DNA of 64,000 nt from positions 1,678,071 to 1,742,070 of the forward strand of contig CBDBBO010000001.1 of NCBI GenBank assembly GCA_965203135.1, given 5' to 3'. How positions within the stretch are numbered: position 1 is the first letter of the stretch; every line of letters begins with the position of its first letter. The notes below the pieces were generated by a model. That model was given only the letters and a program-made list of their open reading frames with translations, was not told the origin of the DNA and did not search any database. Below are positions 54,559 through 62,601 of this stretch, piece by piece. This stretch comes from Dehalococcoidia bacterium. Its GTDB lineage: Bacteria > Chloroflexota > Dehalococcoidia > Lucifugimonadales > CATOSD01. A program made the position numbers and the translations under genes.

Positions 54559-56112
54559 CTACGAGGTGGGCACGTCGAAGGTCGGGCGCGTGTCCTGCGT
54601 CGCCAGCAGCCGGTTGAGGGCGTTCATGTACGCCTTGGCGCTGGCCACGATGATGTCGGTGTCCGAGCCGCGGCCCACGTAGGTTTTCTCGTCTTTCTCG
54701 ATGCGTATGGTCACGTCGCCGAGCGCGTCGATGCCCTCCGTCACGGCGTCCACCCTGTACTCGGTCAGCCTGTTGGGCACGTTCACCAGGCGGTTGATCG
54801 CCTTGTACACGGCGTCCACGGGGCCGGTGCCCGTCGCGGCGTCCGTGACCTCACGGTCGTCCGGGTCTCGCAGCGTGACTGTGGCAGTCGGCACCTCGTG
54901 ATTGCCGCACGACACCTGGATGTGCTCCAGACTGAACACGGAGGGAATGTCGGTGGTGCGGCGCTGGCTCGACATGAGCGCGCTCAGGTCCGCGTCGGTG
55001 ACCTCCGGCTTGCGGTCGGCGAGGCTCTTGAACGCCTCGAACGCCTCGTTCAGCTCGTCCTGCTCCAGGTTGTAGCCCAGCTCGCTCAGCCGCGCCCTCA
55101 GGCCGGCCCTACCGCTCAGCTTGCCGAGCACCAGCTCGTTGCTGGGCCAGCCGATGGACTGCGGGTCCATGATCTCGAACGTGGTGCGCTCCTTCAGCAC
55201 GCCGTCCTGGTGGATGCCGGAGGCGTGGCGGAAGGCGTTTGCGCCCACCACGGCCTTGTTTGGCTGCACCATGAAGCCGGTGATGTCGCTCACCAGCTTG
55301 CTGGTGCGGTATATCTGGCGGGTGTCGATTCCGGTCTCGACGCCGTAGTGGTCCTTGCGCGTCTCCAGCGCCATGATGACCTCTTCGAGCGCGGCGTTGC
55401 CCGCCCGCTCGCCGAGGCCGTTGATGCAGCCCTCGACCTGCCGGGCGCCCTCGGCCACGGCGGCGAGGCTGTTGCCCGACGCCTGGCCCAGGTCGTTGTG
55501 GCAGTGCACGCTCAGCACGGCCTTGTCGATGTTGGGCACGTTCTCCTTGATGAGCCGGATGCGCTCGCGGAACTCCCAGGGCATGACGTAGCCCACCGTG
55601 TCCGGGATGTTGATGGTGGTGGCGCCCGCGTCGATGGCGGCCTCCAGCATCCTGTACAGGTACTCGATGTCCGTGCGCGTGGCGTCCATCGGAGAGAACT
55701 CCACGTCGTCGCAGTAGCTCTTGGCGCGCTCGACCGAGGCGATGGCCATTTCCATGACCTCTTCCGGGTTGCGGCGGAGCTGGTGCATGATCTGCACGTC
55801 CGAGCTCGAGATGAAGACATGGATGCGCGGCCTATCGGCATCCTTGATCGCCTCCCATGCGGCGTCGACGTCCGGCAGCACGCAGCGGGCGAGCGAGGCG
55901 ATGACGGGTCTGCGCACCTCGCGCGCGATGGTCTGCACCGCCTCGAAGTCTCCGGGCGAGCTGGCGGCGAATCCGGCCTCGATCACGTCCACGCCCAGCC
56001 TGTCGAGCTGCCTGGCGATCTCCAGCTTCTCCTGGGTGGTCAGGCCGATGCCCGCGGACTGCTCGCCGTCCCTCAGCGTGGTATCGAAGATTATTACTCG
56101 GTCATCCGACAT
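54559..56112 (-). CDS. leuA: 2-isopropylmalate synthase
   Basis: '[19 protein letters not shown]', '[20 protein letters not shown]' and a C-terminal LeuA dimerisation/regulatory domain are present. The start is at MSDDRV (ATG 56112), not the track start at 56316. Confidence 0.95.
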   Translation of the reverse strand: MSDDRVIIFDTTLRDGEQSAGIGLTTQEKLEIARQLDRLGVDVIEAGFAASSPGDFEAVQTIAREVRRPVIASLARCVLPDVDAAWEAIKDADRPRIHVFISSSDVQIMHQLRRNPEEVMEMAIASVERAKSYCDDVEFSPMDATRTDIEYLYRMLEAAIDAGATTINIPDTVGYVMPWEFRERIRLIKENVPNIDKAVLSVHCHNDLGQASGNSLAAVAEGARQVEGCINGLGERAGNAALEEVIMALETRKDHYGVETGIDTRQIYRTSKLVSDITGFMVQPNKAVVGANAFRHASGIHQDGVLKERTTFEIMDPQSIGWPSNELVLGKLSGRAGLRARLSELGYNLEQDELNEAFEAFKSLADRKPEVTDADLSALMSSQRRTTDIPSVFSLEHIQVSCGNHEVPTATVTLRDPDDREVTDAATGTGPVDAVYKAINRLVNVPNRLTEYRVDAVTEGIDALGDVTIRIEKDEKTYVGRGSDTDIIVASAKAYMNALNRLLATQDTRPTFDVPTS

Positions 56113-56279
56113 TGTGTGTCTCCTGTGTGGGTCTGAAATTCGTAGGTCGGCTTCGGGTGTGATGGCGCCGCCTATCGAAGGGCAACGCAGTCCGCCGAGC
56201 CGAGCCTCGCCAGGACCCGGCCTGTGCGGCGAACTACGTGTGGTGTCTCCTTGTGGTTCATGTCGTCGTCTGTCCTTTG

Positions 56280-56480
56280 CTACTTCAAAAGCAACGCTAC
56301 GATCAGCGTTACCCACATAGTTATGATGACTCCAAGTGTCACAACCATGTTCCGGTTTACAACCGAGCGGAGTTCCCTTATGTCTTGCTTGGTGTCGCTA
56401 ACTTCGCGGACGAGCGACTCCACGACGGCTTCGATTCTTGCTAGTCGTTCGCCTTCCGGAGCCTGCTGAGTTGTAGTCAT
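56280..56480 (-). CDS. Small tail-anchored protein (66 aa), paralog of 56538..56774
   Basis: '[38 protein letters not shown]' forms a coiled coil, followed by a C-terminal TM '[20 protein letters not shown]'. The N-terminal about 40 aa are clearly homologous to the neighbouring 78-aa ORF. Confidence 0.55.
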   Translation of the reverse strand: MTTTQQAPEGERLARIEAVVESLVREVSDTKQDIRELRSVVNRNMVVTLGVIITMWVTLIVALLLK

Positions 56481-56537
56481 TGTTCACTTCTCCAAGTCCA
56501 GAAACGGCGACATAGACTGCGCGGTCTGAATGTACAG

Positions 56538-56774
56538 CTAAGCCTTGAGTATGAGCGTAACGATTAGGCCAATCAATGAGGGCGCCAATATCCCAATCAG
56601 TGTTGCCAGCATCCAAAGAAAGTAGGTGCGCACCTTGCTGTCGAGATCGCGAATGGCGGTTCGGATGTCCCTGACATCCGCCTTTAGGTCTCCCACTTCG
56701 CGCACGAGGTAGTCGACGGTGGCTTCCAGTCTTGCCAGCCTTTCGCCTTCTGGAACTTCTTGAACTGTGGTCAC
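56538..56774 (-). CDS. Small tail-anchored protein (78 aa), XhlA-like architecture (tentative)
   Basis: '[48 protein letters not shown]' is followed by the C-terminal TM 'FLWMLATLIGILAPSLIGLIVTLIL'. There is a 4-nt overlap with the upstream Mrr-like gene. Confidence 0.6.
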   Translation of the reverse strand: MTTVQEVPEGERLARLEATVDYLVREVGDLKADVRDIRTAIRDLDSKVRTYFLWMLATLIGILAPSLIGLIVTLILKA

Positions 56775-57583
56775 TGTTTGTTCTCCAAGTCACCGAAGAA
56801 GTCTTCGTCCACTTCCTGCGTAACGACCGGAACGACCTTTACACCCAGACTAAGCCGTATCATCTCTTCTACTAGGTCGCTGCCGTCGATCAGCGTAATC
56901 GGCGCCTGCCTCTCTTCGACCCAGCCCTTTGCTGCCGGAGTGTAGCTTGACGTGGTGACGAGCACTCCTCTGTCGAATCTACCAGTCATACTACCCGACA
57001 GCCGTTGAACAGGCTCGATGCCCACGCTGTTCGAGGCTGCATATCGCTTCGCCTGAAACGCAACCTTTACACTAATGAATGGGATCTCGCATTGTCCGTC
57101 GATACCGCCGTCGTTTGTACGGCCCGTCACCGTTACGTTCTCAAGACCCTTGGCCCTGAAAAACTCGCCTACCAGCGCCTCGAAATCGCTAGGCGTGAGG
57201 TTCATTATGCGCTCGCGCAACTTTGCCGAGAAGTCGCCTTCCGAGTCATCGACTGTTTCAGGGCCAGAGATAGGCAACTGGGATTCTTCAGTGGGTCTCT
57301 TTGCATCTTCAAACTTCTGACGAAAAGAGGCTAGTGCTTCTCCTCTCGCTATAACATTGTCCCAGCCATTGCTGCTACGGCCCTTCACATCTCTTGCCCA
57401 CCCAGAAGGAGTGCCAAATGCCTTGCCACTCTCGTCCATGATTGAACCGTCAGACTGAAGACGCGCTCTTTGAGTCCCCCCGACGTGCACGGGTGGCACA
57501 CATATCAACTCCTCACCAACAGATAGAAGTCCAGCTTCAATCAGGTCCTTCATTTTTGCTTTGTGGATTGCCTTTCGTGGCAT
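56771..57583 (-). CDS. Mrr-like restriction endonuclease (Mrr_cat PD-(D/E)xK domain) with an N-terminal RAMA/DUF4357-like domain (tentative)
   Basis: The C-terminal 'LTPSDFEALVGEFFRAKGLENVTVTGRTNDGGIDGQCE...VAFQAKRY...VLVTTSSYTPAA' is the Mrr_cat pattern (D...D-x-Q-x-K). The N-terminal '...ARLQSDGSIMDESGKAFGTPSGWARDVKGRSSNGWDNV' resembles RAMA-type domains. Confidence 0.82.
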   Translation of the reverse strand: MPRKAIHKAKMKDLIEAGLLSVGEELICVPPVHVGGTQRARLQSDGSIMDESGKAFGTPSGWARDVKGRSSNGWDNVIARGEALASFRQKFEDAKRPTEESQLPISGPETVDDSEGDFSAKLRERIMNLTPSDFEALVGEFFRAKGLENVTVTGRTNDGGIDGQCEIPFISVKVAFQAKRYAASNSVGIEPVQRLSGSMTGRFDRGVLVTTSSYTPAAKGWVEERQAPITLIDGSDLVEEMIRLSLGVKVVPVVTQEVDEDFFGDLENKQ

Positions 57584-57610
57584 GGTTCAAACGCTTTCCG
57601 TACGGTCGTC

Positions 57611-57793
57611 CTAGTCTGGATCAGAACTAGAACCTATCGTATCTCGCAATCCGCTGTGTGTCTCTTCCACAGGATGATTGTCGTCTTGGGCGCGCAACTC
57701 GGCGCGCATTTTCGCCGTCATCTCAGCAATCCGCCGCTTATCCTCGAGCGAGAAGCTCTTCGTGAGTTCACTAAACTTGCGGTGTCCGCTCAT
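57611..57793 (-). CDS. Hypothetical 60-aa protein (antitoxin-like helical peptide?)
   Basis: The ORF overlaps the end of the DUF2283 gene by 23 nt. 'FSELTKSFSLEDKRRIAEMTAKMRAEL' resembles segments of small antitoxin/HTH partners. Evidence is weak. Confidence 0.35.
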   Translation of the reverse strand: MSGHRKFSELTKSFSLEDKRRIAEMTAKMRAELRAQDDNHPVEETHSGLRDTIGSSSDPD

Positions 57794-58022
57794 GGATGAA
57801 TCCTGTATCGAGCTCAGCGCCAGCCAGTTCCACGTCCAGCCAGCCCTCGATGTCTGAAAGGCCCTCGACCATGAAGCCTATCACCTTGCCGTTTTCGTCG
57901 TACCTCGCCTGAACGTTGTCGCCGCCGGGTAGCGCGTCGTAGTAACCCGCCTTGGACTCGAAGTGGACGAAGAGCATGTCAGCATCCCCAAGATAAGAGA
58001 TTCTCACGTTTCTCTTTCCCAT
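57771..58022 (-). CDS. DUF2283 domain-containing protein
   Basis: 'VRISYLGDADMLFVHFES...ARYDENGKVIGFMVEGLS' fits the DUF2283 pattern (xxYDxEADxLYI...G.I.GIEI). The start was chosen at ATG 58022. Confidence 0.68.
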   Translation of the reverse strand: MGKRNVRISYLGDADMLFVHFESKAGYYDALPGGDNVQARYDENGKVIGFMVEGLSDIEGWLDVELAGAELDTGFIHERTPQV

Positions 58023-58053
58023 TCCACTCCCTTCCCGGTGAACCACTCCTTAG

Positions 58054-58317
58054 TCAATATAGAATCTTGAACAGAAAGGCGGAATCCAGACTTTGCCCAG
58101 AGCCTACCTTGTCCAGGCACTCTACTTGTGCCCGCTCTCGAAACTTCTGAGTCTCAAGCACTTGGCCGACGTCGATAGCAGCATCGCCATATGTCAGTCC
58201 CAAAACGCAACGCACATTTCCTATACGGAAACAGATCCACGCTCTTCCCTCACGCCGAGACTTCTCAACTTGTTCGCACAGGTAGGTCCGAATCTGATAT
58301 GCACTCCCTTGTGGCAT
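58054..58317 (-). CDS. Hypothetical 87-aa protein
   Basis: The ORF is of normal composition in the AT-richer islet, and starts 10 nt after the ilvC stop. No family was recognised. Confidence 0.45.
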   Translation of the reverse strand: MPQGSAYQIRTYLCEQVEKSRREGRAWICFRIGNVRCVLGLTYGDAAIDVGQVLETQKFRERAQVECLDKVGSGQSLDSAFLFKILY

Positions 58318-58327
58318 TTCGTTGCCC

Positions 58328-59326
58328 CTAGTCCGCGTCCTTGAGGAAGCTCATCATGCCGCGCAGGTCTTCGCCCACCTGCTCGATCTGGTGCTCGGCG
58401 TTCTCGCGGCGCAGCCGGTCGAAGCGCGGGCGGCCCTCGTCGTTCTCGGCGATCCATTCGCGGGCGAAGCTGCCGTCCTGGATGCGGGCCAGCACCTCGC
58501 GCATGTTGTCCTTCACCCGCTCGTCCACCACCACTGGGCCGCGGGTGTAGTCGCCGTACTCGGCGGTGTCGCTGACCGAGTAGCGCATGTAGCCCATGCC
58601 GCCCTGGTAGAGCAGGTCCACGATGAGCTTGAGTTCGTGCATGCACTCGAAGTAGGCGGACTCCGGCTGGTAGCCCGCCTCGACCAGCGTCTCGTACGCC
58701 GCTTTGACGAGCGCCGTGACGCCGCCGCACAGCACGGCTTGTTCGCCGAACAGGTCCGTCTCGGTCTCCTCTTTGAACGTGGTGTCGAGCACGCCCGCCC
58801 GCGTGCAGCCGATGCCGCGTGCGTAGGCCAGGCTCAGGCCGTGGGCGTTTCCGGTAGCGTCCTGGTGTACGGCCAACAAGCCGGGCACGCCGGAGCCCCT
58901 GGTGAACACCTCTCTCATGCGGTGGCCCGGCGCCTTGGGCGCGACCATGGAGACGTCTATGCTGTCGGCGGGCTTGATGGTGTCGTAGTGGATGTTGAAG
59001 CCGTGGGCGAACATCAGCGTCTGCCCCGGCAGCAGGTGGGGCGCGACGGACTCGCGGTACACCTCGGCCTGCAGGTGGTCGGGGATCAGCATCATCACGA
59101 TGTCGGAGTCGCGGGCCACGTCGGCGACAAGCCCCACCTCCAGGCCGTCCTCCTCCGCCTTGGCGATGCTGCGGCTGCCCTCGTACAGCCCCACCTTGAC
59201 GCTGACGCCGCTGTCATCCAGGTTCAGCGCGTGGGCGTGACCCTGGCTGCCGTACCCGATTATGCCGACCGTCTTGCCGTCCAGCAGGGACATGTCGGCG
59301 TCGTTTTCGTAGTACATCTTTACCAT
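58328..59326 (-). CDS. ilvC: Ketol-acid reductoisomerase (class I)
   Basis: '[22 protein letters not shown]', '[11 protein letters not shown]' and '[17 protein letters not shown]' are canonical IlvC motifs. Confidence 0.95.
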   Translation of the reverse strand: MVKMYYENDADMSLLDGKTVGIIGYGSQGHAHALNLDDSGVSVKVGLYEGSRSIAKAEEDGLEVGLVADVARDSDIVMMLIPDHLQAEVYRESVAPHLLPGQTLMFAHGFNIHYDTIKPADSIDVSMVAPKAPGHRMREVFTRGSGVPGLLAVHQDATGNAHGLSLAYARGIGCTRAGVLDTTFKEETETDLFGEQAVLCGGVTALVKAAYETLVEAGYQPESAYFECMHELKLIVDLLYQGGMGYMRYSVSDTAEYGDYTRGPVVVDERVKDNMREVLARIQDGSFAREWIAENDEGRPRFDRLRRENAEHQIEQVGEDLRGMMSFLKDAD

Positions 59327-59349
59327 TGTTGTTTCACCTTCACCTCAAT

Positions 59350-59370
59350 CCTCTCCCATCGAGGGAGAGG
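59350..59370. repeat. Palindromic hairpin (cctctccc-atcga-gggagagg) between ilvN and ilvC, dispersed hairpin family
   Basis: It has an 8-bp perfect stem. It lies inside the operon, between the ilvN stop at 59390 and the ilvC start at 59326. Confidence 0.5.
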
Positions 59371-59389
59371 AGGCCTTCTGGGAACTGCG

Positions 59390-59956
59390 TTACACACTAC
59401 CCGTTTCCAGGGGCTTGCGTGCTCTTGCCTGGGCCCCGTTACGCTGCGCGGTCGGGACGCTCATGCCGCGAGCCAACGCGATCTTGCCGGTGCGCATCAC
59501 CTCCAGGACGCCGAAGGCGCTTAGCAGGTGTTGCAGCGAGTCTATCTTGTCCTCGTCCCCGGTCACCTCGATTATGAGCGAGTCCGGCGCCAGGTCCACG
59601 ATGTGCGCGCGGAAGATGTCCGCGATCTGCATGATCTCCCCGCGCGTCTGGAAGTTGGAGCGCACCCGTATCAGGCCCAGCTCCCGCGTCACCGTGTTCT
59701 CGTCGGACATGTCGGTGACCTTGACGACGTCGATGAGCTTGTGCAGGTGCTTGGTGACCTGCTCCACCACGGCCTGGTCGCCCTCGACCACGAACGTCAT
59801 GCGGGAGAGTTCGGGCAACTCGCTCTGCCCCACCGCCAGGCTGGAGATGTTGAAGCCGCGCCTCCGGAACATGCTCGACACGCGGTTGAGCACGCCCGGC
59901 CTGTCGTTGACCAGCGCGGTGATGGTGTGTCTGGACATGGAATCGGTCATCGTCAT
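59390..59956 (-). CDS. ilvN: Acetolactate synthase small (regulatory) subunit
   Basis: 'HTITALVNDRPGVLNRVSSMFRRRGFNISSLAVGQSE' is the ACT domain, followed by an ALS_ss_C domain. The ATGA overlap with the ilvB stop was confirmed at 59953-59956. The track ORF extension to 60478 is antisense-like noise. Confidence 0.93.
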   Translation of the reverse strand: MTMTDSMSRHTITALVNDRPGVLNRVSSMFRRRGFNISSLAVGQSELPELSRMTFVVEGDQAVVEQVTKHLHKLIDVVKVTDMSDENTVTRELGLIRVRSNFQTRGEIMQIADIFRAHIVDLAPDSLIIEVTGDEDKIDSLQHLLSAFGVLEVMRTGKIALARGMSVPTAQRNGAQARARKPLETGSV

Positions 59957-61647
59957 CGGTTCACCCTCTGGAGCGTGGGCTCTTCCATAAGCTGCTCGAC
60001 GGTGGTGCCCGCCGGAATCATCGGGTACACGTTGTCTTCCTGCTCGACGACGAAGTCCACCACGGCGGGGCCGTCGTAGCTCATCGCCTCCTCGATGGCC
60101 GGTCTGACCTGGAGCTTGTCGGTCACTCTCAATCCCAGCATTCCGAATGCGTCGGCCAGCTTCACGAAATCCGGGTTGTGGGTGTACTTGGTGGCCACGT
60201 AGCTCTTCTCGTAGAAGAGTTGCTGCCACTGCCGCACCATTCCCAGGCAGTTGTTGTTCATGATGGCGAACTTCACGGGTATGCGGTTCTCCACCAGGGT
60301 GGCGAGTTCGGCCATCGTCATCTGGAAGCCGCCGTCGCCCGCGACGGACCACACCACCTTGTCGGGGCGGCCCACCTGCGCGCCCATCGCGCCGGGCACC
60401 TCGTAGCCCATCGCGCCGGAGCCGCAGGACGAGATGAGCGAGCTGCGGTGCTTGAACGGGTAGTGCTGCGCTGCCCACATCTGGTGCTGGCCCACGCCGG
60501 TCACTATCAGCGCCTCGCCGTCCGTGGCCTCGGCGATCTGCTGGATGATGTAGCGGATCTGCAGCGCCTGGGCGTCGTTGGGGTCCACCAGCGGATGCTC
60601 GCGCTTGAGCTGGTCGATGCGGCCCAGCCAGTCTAGGTGCGAGCCCTGCTCGACCTGGCGGGTCAGCGCCGCCAGCGTCAGCCGCAGGTCGCCCACAATC
60701 GGCAGGTCGGCGGGCACGTTCTTGCCTATCTCCGACGGGTCGATGTCCACGTGTATCTTCTTGGAGTTGAGCGCGAACAGCGCGGGGTTGCCCGTGATGC
60801 GGTCGTCGAAACGCATGCCCAGCGCTATCAGCAGGTCGGCCTCTTCGATGGCGAGGCTCGCGTAGGCCATGCCGTGCATCCCCGGCCAGCCGGAGTAGAG
60901 CACGTGGCTGGTGGGGAAGCAGCTCACGCCCATGAGCGTGGTGATGACGGGTATCTGCGTCTTCTCGGCGAACTCGCGCAGCTCATCGTAGGCGTGCGAC
61001 AGGATCACGCCGTGTCCGGCGATAATGACGGGACGCTTCGCCTCCTTGATGAGCTTCGCGGCCCTTCTTACCTGCCCGGAGTGGGGGGCCAGATTGGGCT
61101 TGTAGCTCTCCATTTCGGGCGTGTCGGGGTAGACGAACTCGCCCTCCTCCGTGAACACGTCCTTGGGTATGTCGACGAGCACAGGCCCCGGCCTGCCGGT
61201 GGAGGCGATGTAGAAGGCCTCGCGAATCACCGACGGTATCTCTTCCGCGGTCATCACCAGGTAGTTGTGCTTGGTGATGGGCAGGGTTATGCCGGTGATG
61301 TCGGTTTCCTGGAAGGCGTCGCTGCCGATAGCCGCGCGCCCCACCTGTCCGGTGATGGCGACCATCGGGATCGAGTCCATCTGCGCGGTGGCGATGCCGG
61401 TCACCAGGTTGGTTGCGCCGGGGCCGGACGTGGCCCAGCACACGCCGGGGCGTCCGGTGGCGCGGGCGTATCCGTCGGCGGCGTGCGCGGCGCCCTGCTC
61501 GTGGCGCACCAGGATGTGGCGCAGGCCCGGAAACTCGGGCAGCGTCTGGTATAGGGGAAGGATGGCTCCGCCCGGGAGGCCGAAGATCGTGTCCACGCCC
61601 TCTCGCAGCAGGCTTTCGCAAACCATCTGTCCGCCATTCATCTTCAT
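59953..61647 (-). CDS. ilvB: Acetolactate synthase large subunit, biosynthetic type
   Basis: 'GGQMVCESLLREGVDTIFGLPGGAILPLY', 'GATNLVTGIATAQMDSIPMV' and 'GDGGFQMTMAELAT' (ThDP motif) are present. GGAGG lies upstream of ATG 61647. Confidence 0.95.
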   Translation of the reverse strand: MKMNGGQMVCESLLREGVDTIFGLPGGAILPLYQTLPEFPGLRHILVRHEQGAAHAADGYARATGRPGVCWATSGPGATNLVTGIATAQMDSIPMVAITGQVGRAAIGSDAFQETDITGITLPITKHNYLVMTAEEIPSVIREAFYIASTGRPGPVLVDIPKDVFTEEGEFVYPDTPEMESYKPNLAPHSGQVRRAAKLIKEAKRPVIIAGHGVILSHAYDELREFAEKTQIPVITTLMGVSCFPTSHVLYSGWPGMHGMAYASLAIEEADLLIALGMRFDDRITGNPALFALNSKKIHVDIDPSEIGKNVPADLPIVGDLRLTLAALTRQVEQGSHLDWLGRIDQLKREHPLVDPNDAQALQIRYIIQQIAEATDGEALIVTGVGQHQMWAAQHYPFKHRSSLISSCGSGAMGYEVPGAMGAQVGRPDKVVWSVAGDGGFQMTMAELATLVENRIPVKFAIMNNNCLGMVRQWQQLFYEKSYVATKYTHNPDFVKLADAFGMLGLRVTDKLQVRPAIEEAMSYDGPAVVDFVVEQEDNVYPMIPAGTTVEQLMEEPTLQRVNR

Positions 61648-62050
61648 TATGTAGCTAACCTCCGTGGGCTTCGAGGGTGGCGCTTGGAGTCGTATACAAA
61701 AAAACCCGCCCCTGCGCAAAGGGACGGGATTGCTAATCTCGTGGTACCACCCAATTTACCCCGGCGGGCGCTACCTGACAGGCGCGCTACGCGGGGCCAC
61801 TTGTGGGCTGTATAACGGCGGCCAACCGCCCGACCCTAAGCGGAGAGGAGGGGCTAAATTACCAAGCGCGCAGAGCGCGTGATATGAACGCTAGAGCTCT
61901 GCAACGTCTGGACTCCTCTGTGCTTCAGGCCGGGTGCTCCGGGGCGAGTTCTCGAAGGTCCTGGCGCCGGCTCACACCACCGCCGGCTCTCTGGGGCCGG
62001 TATCTCCGGTACTACTCCCCTTCGACGCATCTGACTGTATTTCAGTTAGG
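61648..62050 (-). promoter_or_regulatory. T-box riboswitch leader upstream of ilvB, probable Leu (CUC) specifier
   Basis: Read on the minus strand, the T-box sequence is 'AAAUUGGGUGGUACCACGAG' (61738-61757). The F-box-like element is 'GCCGUUA'. Stem I elements are 'GGAGUAGUACC', 'CCAGAGAGCCGG' and 'GGUGGUGUGA'. The specifier-loop context 'GAGAA-CUC-G' places CUC at 61946-61948. Confidence 0.8.
61698..61728 (-). terminator. Intrinsic terminator of the T-box leader
   Basis: On the minus strand it reads CCCGUCCC-UUUGCGCA-GGGGCGGG followed by U7. It lies immediately 3' of the T-box sequence. Confidence 0.8.
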
Positions 62051-62056
62051 AGTAGG

Positions 62057-62085
62057 ATGGTAACAAACAGGGCAGTTGTTGTCAA
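62057..62085 (-). promoter_or_regulatory. Sigma-70-like promoter for the T-box/ilv transcript
   Basis: On the minus strand, TTGACA (62080-62085) is followed by 17 nt and then TACCAT (62057-62062). Confidence 0.55.
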
Positions 62086-62601
62086 ATTGCGCGGCCCGGC
62101 GCCGACAGTCCGGGGGAAGCTGCGAGTGGGTGTCCGGCTTGGCCCGCATCGCCGCCGAAACTGGTGCAAGATAGTATCGCTTTTGGACAAGATTCGGTCT
62201 AGAATAGTGGCCCATCGTTTTCGACTCGCATTCAGAGTCCCGGACCTAAGCTAGGAGTTGCCTCCAAAGCGTCCCTTCAGGGGACGGCCGTACTCGAACC
62301 GCCGCCTTCCGCGGCGTCCGTCTTCAGTTTCGGTTTCTGCCTTGGCCGCCTCCCGGCGGCCCCGACAGCCCGGTTGCAGGTAGAAGTGACAGGCCCAACT
62401 CAAGAACTCCAGGACTCCGGCTCCCCCACCCGGCTCGCCGCTTCCCATGCGCCGTCCGAGACCGCGTCCGCGCCCGGGCCAGTGACCGGCGCCCCGGCCG
62501 CCGCGCCGCCGGAAGTCCCGGCCACCCGTCGGCCGGCGCGAGGTGTAGGCTCCACGCTGCGCTCCATCCGGGACTCCGGCTCCCGCATCCCGCGGCCGCA
62601 C

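Noticed and set aside
56113-56280. Possible second T-box or Leu leader peptide upstream of leuA
   Set aside because: No GGUGGUACC T-box sequence, Leu-codon-rich mini-ORF or terminator with a U-tract is present. The region partly overlaps the 66-aa ORF.
62374-62601. Pro/Arg/Ala-rich 76-aa N-terminal extension of the MFS transporter, and the antisense ORFs 62251..62684(-)
   Set aside because: Their composition is typical of non-coding high-GC sequence. The conserved MFS N-terminus begins after ATG 62602. The region is better read as the divergent intergenic and promoter space shared with the T-box promoter.
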